Shown here one piece after another: positions 55,974 to 64,000 of a stretch of 64,000 nt of DNA. The notes below the pieces were generated by a model, which was not told the DNA's origin, made no database searches, and was given only the letters and a program-made list of their open reading frames with translations. How positions within the stretch are numbered: the stretch's first letter is position 1; each line of letters begins with the position of its first letter. The DNA is from Methanotrichaceae archaeon (GTDB lineage Archaea > Halobacteriota > Methanosarcinia > Methanotrichales > Methanotrichaceae). The position numbers and the translations under genes were made by a program. Where the stretch lies: positions 128,001 through 192,000 of the forward strand of contig CAWEXU010000031.1 of NCBI GenBank assembly GCA_963813075.1. Reading direction: 5' to 3'.

Positions 55974-57575
55974 ATGATTGAATCCCATCGCAGCAGTTAC
56001 GGTCTTGAGAATCACGGTTTTCGGAACCTGGATGAGGAGCACTGGAACTTGAATGCCCCTGCCCTATACGAGCAGGCCATCAGGCGCCATGAAGGTGTTC
56101 TGGCCTATCCGGGAGCATTAGTGGTTCGCACCGGCGACTATACCGGTCGTTCTCCAGACGACAAGTTCACCGTTTGCGAACCATCCACGAAAAAAGAGAT
56201 ATGGTGGGGGACGATTAACCGGGAAACCACCCAGGCTGAGTTCGACAAGATGCACCGGCGGATATCAGGCTACTTTGAAAACCGCGACGCTTTCGTGCAG
56301 GACTGCTATGCTGGAAGGGACCCGAAATACCGCCTCCCGATCCGCATCATCACCGAGCATGCCTGGCAGAGCCTTTTTGCCAGAAACATGTTTGTGACCA
56401 TTACCGATCCACAAATCCTGAACCGCCATGTCCCCGAGTTCACCGTCATCTCTGCCCCGGGGGTGACTGCCGTTCCCGGCCTGGACCCGACCAGCTCGGG
56501 AGCCTTCATTCTGGTCAACCTGGCCAGGAGGATGGTCCTCATCGGCGGCACTCTGTACGCCGGAGAAATCAAGAAATCCATCTTCACCGTCATGAATTAC
56601 CTCATGCCCAAGCGCGGGGTTATGGCCATGCACTGCTCAGCCAACTATGGACGGGATCACGATGATGTCGCCATCTTCTTTGGACTGAGCGGAACGGGCA
56701 AGACCACCCTCTCCAATGATGCCAAACGCACCCTTATCGGTGACGATGAACATGGCTGGTCAGATGATGGCATCTTCAATTTTGAAGGGGGCTGTTATGC
56801 CAAGGTGATCCGGCTATCCGAGGAGAGCGAGCCCGAAATCTACCGGGCGACCCGCAAGTTCGGCACGGTCATTGAGAACGTCAAGCTCGACGCCCACAGC
56901 CGGCGCATAGACTTTGACGATGATGACTTCACTGAAAACACCCGCGCTGCATATCCCCTCACCCATGTGGAAAATGCAGATAACGATGGAATCTGTGGCC
57001 ATCCCAGGCACATCATATTCCTGACTGCCGATGCTTTCGGCGTCATTCCACCAGTTTCCAGCCTGACCCCCGCCCATGCCCAGTACCACTTTCTGGCCGG
57101 CTACACCGCCAAGGTTGCAGGGACGGAAGAAGGGGTCAGCGAGCCTATTGCCACCTTCAGCACCTGCTTTGGAGCGCCCTTTATGCCTCTGCATCCCACA
57201 GTCTATGCAAATTTGCTTGCGGAAAAGATCAAGATGCACAATGTGAAGATATGGATGGTGAATACCGGCTGGACCGGAGGGCCCTATGGCAAGGGAGAGC
57301 GCATAAAATTGGCCTTCACCCGGGCGATGGTTCGCGCTGCCCTGGAAGGCAAACTGGACGACGTCAAAACAGTGATCGATCCGGTATTCGGCTTCAAGGT
57401 GCCCACCGAGGTTCCAGCAGTGCCTGCCCAGGTGCTGGTCCCGCGCAACACCTGGGATGATCCCGGCGATTATGATGCCATGGCCAGGGATCTTGCCGCC
57501 CGCTTCCGGGATTATATGATTCAGTTCGAGGATAAGATGACCCAGGAGGTCAAGGCAGCAGCGCCAAAGGCTTGA
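55974..57575 (+). CDS. pckA: ATP-dependent phosphoenolpyruvate carboxykinase
   Basis: TGRSP.DK, YAGEIKK, FFGLSGTGKTTLS, LIGDDEHGW and NFEGGCYAK. Confidence 0.97.
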   Translation: MIESHRSSYGLENHGFRNLDEEHWNLNAPALYEQAIRRHEGVLAYPGALVVRTGDYTGRSPDDKFTVCEPSTKKEIWWGTINRETTQAEFDKMHRRISGYFENRDAFVQDCYAGRDPKYRLPIRIITEHAWQSLFARNMFVTITDPQILNRHVPEFTVISAPGVTAVPGLDPTSSGAFILVNLARRMVLIGGTLYAGEIKKSIFTVMNYLMPKRGVMAMHCSANYGRDHDDVAIFFGLSGTGKTTLSNDAKRTLIGDDEHGWSDDGIFNFEGGCYAKVIRLSEESEPEIYRATRKFGTVIENVKLDAHSRRIDFDDDDFTENTRAAYPLTHVENADNDGICGHPRHIIFLTADAFGVIPPVSSLTPAHAQYHFLAGYTAKVAGTEEGVSEPIATFSTCFGAPFMPLHPTVYANLLAEKIKMHNVKIWMVNTGWTGGPYGKGERIKLAFTRAMVRAALEGKLDDVKTVIDPVFGFKVPTEVPAVPAQVLVPRNTWDDPGDYDAMARDLAARFRDYMIQFEDKMTQEVKAAAPKA

Positions 57576-57709
57576 AAAGAAGAAGCGCAAAAAATCAGGG
57601 TGAGCATAGCCCGCCCTTGCGGCATGCTGACTGCAAACCCGCGGCCCAGCTACCCGAAATCAGATTTAACTGCTTTCTGGCACAATCTGCCTAAATGATT
57701 TTTTTCCAG

Positions 57710-58048
57710 CTATTTGCCTTTCTTAGCGGGCTTTTTCTTCTCTTCGGATGGCTTTTTCCCTGCCATCTCGTTTACCTCTTCTGCTCCCTGTGCCAGCAGC
57801 TCATCCTCGTCCCCGGTGAGGATCTGGAGCAGCCGGGAGAACTCTCCCGCATGAACCCTCTCCTCATTGGCGATATCTATCAGCACCTCCTTGACCAGAG
57901 GGTTATCGGTAGCCTCGGCATGAGCCATGTAAAGATGCACTGCCTCGTGCTCCGCAGCCAGGTCAAGGCGTATTGCCCGAATCAATTCTTCTTTGGTCAG
58001 TTTACGGTCAGGCACTTTTCCGCTGAACGGATTGACAAACTCGGCCAT
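57710..58048 (-). CDS. Short ferritin-like (Flp/rubrerythrin-like) protein with Lys-rich tail
   Basis: E.EAVHLY...DIANEERVHAGEF di-iron motifs. Confidence 0.85.
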   Translation of the reverse strand: MAEFVNPFSGKVPDRKLTKEELIRAIRLDLAAEHEAVHLYMAHAEATDNPLVKEVLIDIANEERVHAGEFSRLLQILTGDEDELLAQGAEEVNEMAGKKPSEEKKKPAKKGK

Positions 58049-58182
58049 TATATATTCCTCCTTTCGGTTTGGTTAGTATATTATTCAAGGATTGCAGGAA
58101 TGTCTGCCTGTCCCATTTTCTTTTTAAAGCAAATAAGCCTTTTGGGCTGAAATGCAAATTTGATATTAAAATAAAAATGCGA

Positions 58183-58638
58183 TCAAAACTGCCGGTTGCA
58201 CCTCTTGATCCTCGAGCAGCATTCCCTGGAATAGAAGGGGCCGAAAATCTGATTACCACTCCCACCAAGGCCGCCCTCCTCTACCTCATGGTACCTCCAG
58301 GCGATCATGGTGTCCCTGCAGATCGGTATCGCATCCGGAGTCTTCATGGGTAGCCTCCATCCGCATTCGCCCTCATCTCTCAAATAGTACAGCCAATAGT
58401 GGAAGAGGTCATTTTTCAATCCATCAATGCCCGTGATCACAGATCCCATGTGGCCGGTAGCGCTCTCATCCTGAGTGTACTGAATGTCTGAGACCAGCTG
58501 GAGAATTTCCAGAACGCTCGCGCCGGAATGGACAGAGACCTTTGACTTTTTTATACTGTTATTTTTATAGCTACTGCCATAGTTTATGTATACCTCTGCC
58601 TTCACCTTGCTATCTTTGGATCTTCTTTTGAAGAGCAA
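58183..58638 (-). CDS. DUF4430-like beta-grasp protein
   Basis: SVLEIL...G.VITGIDG..N...YWLYY...D.I.WRY pattern. Confidence 0.65.
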   Translation of the reverse strand: MLFKRRSKDSKVKAEVYINYGSSYKNNSIKKSKVSVHSGASVLEILQLVSDIQYTQDESATGHMGSVITGIDGLKNDLFHYWLYYLRDEGECGWRLPMKTPDAIPICRDTMIAWRYHEVEEGGLGGSGNQIFGPFYSRECCSRIKRCNRQF

Positions 58639-58814
58639 TCTGCCACCTGTGGGCTAATTATAATTCTGAGATATTTAAGCCATTGGTCTAAAAGCTCCCC
58701 AGCAGTTCAATTCGCAATTCAGATTGACATTCCAGAAAATTGTCTTTGATCTGCCTGGATTTCCTGAGATCCTGGCTGAAAAATTATATCAATTATCGAT
58801 TCCAATCGAGGCCC

Positions 58815-59672
58815 ATGGACTCAAAAGGTTCCTCCTCCTCAAAAGAGTCAACGACCGCAAAGGACTGGGCTGATTTGGGAAACGATCTTTTCAGTCAGGG
58901 CCTATTTGCCGAATCGGTGGAAGCATATGAGAAGGCTTTGGAGATAAATCCTCGGGATATGGAATCGTGGAACAGCAGAGGACTCGCCCTCTGCCGGCTG
59001 AGGATGTCCGAGCTAGCTGCCGAATCATTCCAAAGGGCGATAGAGATAGATCGTGAGTTCCTGGATGCTCATAATAATATCGGCGTGGTCCACTACAGGA
59101 ATAAGAGGTATCAAAGGGCTCTGGAGATTTTTGACCTGATTATAAAAAAGGATTCCCGATACATCAAAGCCTGGTACAACCGGGGAGTGGTCCAGGAAAA
59201 ACAGGGCAAGCTTGTCGAGTCCATAGAAAGCTACGATAAAGCAATTGAAATCGACTCAGAGAAACCGAAGATCTGGAACAACCGGGGAGCGGCCCTGGGC
59301 AAGATGGGAAGGTACGAGGAGGCATTGAGCTCTATCGACCGGTCGCTTGCCCTAAAACCTGACAATGCCGAGGCCTGGAACAATAGGGGCTCAGCCCTGT
59401 GCATGCTGGGCAGATATGATGAGGCCCTCGAGGATTTTAGCCGGGCATTAAAGATCGATCCGAAACACTGCGAGGCCTGGTGCAATAAGGGCGAGGCCCT
59501 TCGACAGCTGGGCGACTACGCCCAATCGCTGCAGTGCTTTGATGCCGCCATTGAGCTGGACCCATCATCAGAGAGCGCGCAGAGGGAGAATCCTCGTCCT
59601 GGGAGAGCTGGAGACGGAGAAGACAAAAGATATCTAGCGGGTGCCAAGCCCTCTTTGCTTTTCTTAATTTAA
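58815..59672 (+). CDS. TPR-repeat protein (C-terminus probably frameshifted)
   Basis: About 7 repeats of W.NRG.AL..LGRY.EA...D.AL.I.P. Confidence 0.92.
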   Translation: MDSKGSSSSKESTTAKDWADLGNDLFSQGLFAESVEAYEKALEINPRDMESWNSRGLALCRLRMSELAAESFQRAIEIDREFLDAHNNIGVVHYRNKRYQRALEIFDLIIKKDSRYIKAWYNRGVVQEKQGKLVESIESYDKAIEIDSEKPKIWNNRGAALGKMGRYEEALSSIDRSLALKPDNAEAWNNRGSALCMLGRYDEALEDFSRALKIDPKHCEAWCNKGEALRQLGDYAQSLQCFDAAIELDPSSESAQRENPRPGRAGDGEDKRYLAGAKPSLLFLI

Positions 59673-59799
59673 AAACTGAAAAATTTAAATGGAGCTTTGA
59701 AGTAGAGTAGAAAGCTATAAGTACTTACAAGTTTAAAGTTATAAAGATCTATTTTTAGATTGAAAAAGCTAGAAAATAAGAAATGGTGGGTGTTCGAAT

Positions 59800-60318
59800 A
59801 TGGGATATGGAAGGATCAATATCTGGGTCAGGGAACCGGATGACTGCACAGTTGCCGAAATGAACGGCTATGCCTGGGCCAGACCTTGTTGCTCTAGAAA
59901 CCAGGATCTGATCTATGAAACTACTCTCAAGATGGGTCATGCAGAGATCGAGGTGCCTCCCGGATGCTATGTGGTTGATGCTGCCTGGAAGCCTGGCTGC
60001 TGCGGCACGGCAAAAGAGACCATTGCGATAGTGAATTGCGGTGATACTGCTTGTGTCAACCTGATAAGAGAATGGGGTGGAGATCCATCGGGCATTCGTC
60101 TCGCAGCCATGATGAACCATGCTAAAGAGGCAGAGATACCCGAGGCCGACCTGAATACGGTCATGGATGTGTTCAGGAAACTATCAAAATCTCTGCCGGA
60201 AGGAAAGATCAGGCGCCTCTCGGAAAAAGAGCTTGAGCTCAAGCGCAGCGTCTCTGATGATGCGCACAAGAAGATATTGGATGAACTTGAGCCCATGATC
60301 AAGAAGGCCAAAAAATAG
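59800..60318 (+). CDS. Hypothetical protein with Cys-rich beta N-domain and helical C-domain
   Basis: GGTG RBS, upstream TATA-like tract, poly-T after the stop; GHAEIEVPPGCYVV motif. Confidence 0.7.
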   Translation: MGYGRINIWVREPDDCTVAEMNGYAWARPCCSRNQDLIYETTLKMGHAEIEVPPGCYVVDAAWKPGCCGTAKETIAIVNCGDTACVNLIREWGGDPSGIRLAAMMNHAKEAEIPEADLNTVMDVFRKLSKSLPEGKIRRLSEKELELKRSVSDDAHKKILDELEPMIKKAKK

Positions 60319-60362
60319 CCTGGATATCATTCGGCCAACTTCTTAAGGCTCTTATATTTTTT

Positions 60363-61295
60363 TCAGTCGCTCTCCTCCTCCATCTCCCAGCCCAGCCGCT
60401 CCCGGATGATCAGATAGCTCATCTCCGGCGATATGGCTCCTGCCTCGGTGCAGATCAGGTCGATATACTGATGGGGAGTGACATCGAATGCCGGGTTGCG
60501 CACCCGGACGTGCTTGTATTTGGAGATGTCCGCCAGAACCTCTGTGGCCTCGCGCTCCTCAATGGTCACCAGCTCTCCTAAAATCGTCTTCGGGCTGAAC
60601 TTATAGGTCTCGGCAGCCACCATGAAGCTGGTTCTGGCCTCGCGGGCGCACAGGGCGATCTGGGCGGTGCCGATCTTGTTCACCAGGGTGCCATTGGCGG
60701 TGATCACATCTGCGCCCACCACCACCAGGTCCACATCGTTCATCACTGTCCTCACCGCCGAGTCCACGATCAGCTCCGTCTCTATGCCCATCTGGTCGAG
60801 CATGCCGATGGTGGTTATTCCCTGGAACCTGGGGCGGGATTCGGTGGCGATCACTTTGATATTCTTACCGGATTTGTGAGCGGCACTGATCACGGAGATG
60901 GCGGCAAATGAATTGCAGTGGGTGAGGACGGTATCGCCGTCTCTGATTCTGCGGCTGCCGATCTGGCCGATCTTCTCCACTGCCTTCTGGGAGTTCTCGA
61001 TGAAGCGATCGGCATTGGAGGCTATGGCCTGGCGGGCGCCATCGATGTCCTCCGCCTTATACTTCATCACCATTCTTATGGCATTGGAGAGGGAGACTGC
61101 GGTGGGCCTGGTCTTGAGGAGAATGTCTGCTGCCTCTGCAGTCTTCTGGTTGAAGTCCTCGAAGCTCTCCGCCTGGACGGCCAGAGCGTAGTCCTTCAGA
61201 GAGGCGGCTGCGGCAGTGGCAATCCTTCCTGCTCCTCTGATCTCCATGCTGCTGATCTTTCCTGCAGTCTCGGTAACCTGATCTATTGGCTTCAT
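60363..61295 (-). CDS. Ribose-1,5-bisphosphate isomerase (eIF-2B-like family)
   Basis: MEIRGAGRIA, TRPTAVSL.NA, THCNS, ESRP, NKIGT and NPAFDVTP. Confidence 0.92.
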   Translation of the reverse strand: MKPIDQVTETAGKISSMEIRGAGRIATAAAASLKDYALAVQAESFEDFNQKTAEAADILLKTRPTAVSLSNAIRMVMKYKAEDIDGARQAIASNADRFIENSQKAVEKIGQIGSRRIRDGDTVLTHCNSFAAISVISAAHKSGKNIKVIATESRPRFQGITTIGMLDQMGIETELIVDSAVRTVMNDVDLVVVGADVITANGTLVNKIGTAQIALCAREARTSFMVAAETYKFSPKTILGELVTIEEREATEVLADISKYKHVRVRNPAFDVTPHQYIDLICTEAGAISPEMSYLIIRERLGWEMEEESD

Positions 61296-61410
61296 TCAAG
61301 AGTTGTTTTGGCCGGCAAGAGTTATATCTATTTCCTATATCAAGCGAAAGTCTCTTTAACTGTATCCAATATGCTCTAATAGCAGCGGATATGGAGAAAG
61401 GGACCCTAAA

Positions 61411-63994
61411 ATGGAAACTGATAAAAAAAGAGAGTTTTATAGTGAATACGACCTCAATGTTGCTCGTAAAGGTTACTTGAAAGAACCTGCTGGCCATCAG
61501 AGATTGGCTATCGATGAATTGATTAAGTGGTATAGGGCAAAGAAAGACGGATATGCAGGAGGAATTCTTGTCTTGCCCACTGGCGGAGGCAAGACGTTCA
61601 CTGCAATTAGATTCCTTTGCTTGACCGCAATATCCGATGGCTATAAGGTTCTCTGGCTAGCTCATACCCATCATCTCCTCGAACAAGCTTACAGCAGTAT
61701 TGGTGAGCATGTGGGCAAAATTGCTGAACCCAAGTCTATTTTAAGAGTTAGGGTTGTTTCTGGGACCATAGGGCATTTCCATATTGCGGATATTCAGCCA
61801 GAGGATGACGTCGTCATTGCAACCTTGCAGACCGTGACGAAGGCATATAGTGATGATCACTTCGCACTCAAATCATTTATCGATTCGGCCAAGGGTAAAC
61901 TCCTCGTCATTTTCGACGAAGCGCACCATGCGCCAGCACCAAGCTATCGCAAGCTGCTAACAAGTCTCAGAGACCGCTGCAAAGATATGCTTTTATTGGG
62001 TATGACTGCGACCCCTGTATACTCTGATGAAAAACTTCAAGGGTGGCTCAATAAGCTATTCCCTCAGGGTATCCTATATCAGGTCACTCCACAGTATTTG
62101 ATGGCGCAAGGCATATTGGCGAAACCAATCCCTGAGCAGCAAAAAACCAATTTCACCCCTAACTTTGACTTGAGAGAATATCAAAAATGGGTTGGTACAT
62201 TTAGAGATATTCCTGAAGATATTATCACTCAACTCGCCGAGAATAACGAAAGAAATATGTTTATTGCAGATCATTATGCCAGAAATAAGGAAAAATATGG
62301 AAAGACCCTTATCTTTGCAGATCGATGGTTCCAATGCGAGGCGATAAGCAAACCTCTGGAAAAGAGAGGAATACGTGCTGGAACTGTCTATTCACATGTT
62401 GAGGGTGGACCGAGAACCTCAGATGAACGCAATAAGCGAAAATCCGATGAGAATACTGAGGTGCTTGATGCTTTTCGCAGAAATGAATCTAGATGTTGTC
62501 CTTAATGTCCGCATGCTTACAGAGGGAACGGATATACCTGATGTAAAGACATGTTTTATAACGCGCCAGACCACCAGCAAAATACTATTAACACAAATGG
62601 TTGGCAGAGCTTTGCGTGGTCCAAAATTCGGAGGGACTTCGGAAGCACATCTTGTCTTTTTCACAGATAACTGGGAGCAGCTTATCAACTGGGCAGATTA
62701 TGAGTTGGTTGACGGAGGTACCGATCAACATGAAAAAGAATATGGAAAGAGACCCCCTCTAAGGTATATCTCAATCGAGCTTGTCCGAAGGCTCTCCGCC
62801 CAAATGGATAGTGGGATCAATATCAATCCCGGTCCATTCATGGAGCTTCTCCCAGTAGGTTGGTATAGAGTCGAATATACTGCCAAAGAATCGGATACTG
62901 AAGAGATTGAACATGTCCAACGTCTCGTAATGGTATTCGAACATGAATCGATAGGATACGAACAGCTTATAAAGGGATTGCTGTCAAAAGTTGATAGCAG
63001 CTTTTATGATGAAGGTGTCCAGTTGCAGGATGTATCCTTGGAAATATCCGAATTGCAGAGAGACTGCTTTCCAGGAAATAATGGGCATTTTGGCTCAAAT
63101 CTTTTGCAGGATATCTTTAGCATCGCTAGACATATTGCTCAGACTGGAACTGCACCCAGATTTTTTAATTTTGAAGAGAGAACGCTGCATGACTTGGATC
63201 TGGTTTCAGCAGAATTGATCGATAAAGATCTATCAAGAAGACAAGAAGATGATGCAGTGCGTCTTGAATTCAACAGACAAGATCGATATTGGCAGGTATT
63301 ATATATCACATATGAGCTTTTCAAAAGCCAGTACAACGCTTGTGCAGAGAGATTGCTCCATATCCGTCGTCATGGTGCGGATTCAAATGGCCATATAGTG
63401 ATAGCAAAGACTATGTCGCCACCCGATCAAGAACCATCCGAAGAGCTGAAAATACAGGTTTTAGAAAGAGATGGAGGATGCCTTTGCTGTGGATCTACCA
63501 ATGCACGTTACCTGGAAGTTGACCATATTATCCCCAAATATTTTGGTGGCAATAATATCCTTGATAACCTTCAAACACTTTGCAGTAAGTGTAACCAGCT
63601 TAAGGGTACTGAGCATATCAACTTTAGAGACTGTCAGACCGATTTGACTATGCCAGCGGATAATCTTCCTGAGTTTGAGGTACCGACAGGCGCTAAAGCA
63701 GGAAATCCTGATTCTTGGGGGGAATTCGTGAACAGAGTCTTTAATTTCTTTTATCGATGCAGTGCAGTTCATGCATTGTGGATTGGAAAAAAGGGTGATT
63801 CCTTCTACAATTGGCATTTTGAACTAAAGGCTGGCAATGATCCAAGATGGCTGGAACCGCATCTGCCAAAGCTATTAACTCGAATTGCTGAGGCAAAAGA
63901 GATAGAAGGATATGGATCTCCGACATCTATCACGGTATCTGCGCCGGACCTCCCTGATGTTAAATGCAGGCGTAAAAAGCGATCCACTCGATAG
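61411..63994 (+). CDS. SF2 (ResIII/DEAH-like) helicase fused to an HNH endonuclease (frameshift near 62485)
   Basis: LPTGGGKT, DEAHH, TAT, LTEGTDIP and QMVGRALR; then RDGGCLCCG...EVDHIIP...GG.N..DNLQTLC..CN..KG. Confidence 0.9.
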
Positions 63995-64000
63995 ACAATG

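Noticed and set aside
56814..57590. Long antisense ORFs (here and opposite carB, purL, folD, tyrS)
   Set aside because: Shadow ORFs of GC-rich genes with no motifs.

Overview
Chromosomal segment of a methanogenic archaeon, most likely Methanothrix-like (Methanosarcinales). This is inferred from the connectase/DUF2121 gene, archaeal-type TyrRS, ribose-1,5-bisphosphate isomerase, TATA-box promoters and poly-T terminators. Many genes, including housekeeping carB, carry single-base frameshifts, which points to uncorrected long-read indels, so split ORFs are joined here. Housekeeping content: feoB, carB, purLQS, glyA-folD-connectase-mobA, tyrS, pckA, class II photolyase, chrA and an R15P isomerase. 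Accessory content: a decayed defence/TA islet (hsdR, DUF1016, TumA/TumE-like pair split by IS5); a ~14 kb cell-surface island (three paralogous choice-of-anchor-E/SdrD-B proteins sharing a Cys-terminated C-terminal domain, a 10-repeat PKD protein, nested IS200/IS21 in DUF1670 genes); an M36 peptidase-kelch pair; a three-gene papain-fold enzyme/C25 gingipain/secreted free N-domain cluster; and a helicase-HNH fusion. The strongest unexplained signal is a ~210-nt leader present in two diverged copies (25462-25680, 27631-27855), plus a deleted third copy, in front of the surface-protein paralogs. It has several compensatorily covarying stems, a candidate pseudoknot and a hairpin covering the Shine-Dalgarno site, and is a candidate undescribed archaeal cis-regulatory (riboswitch-like) RNA.
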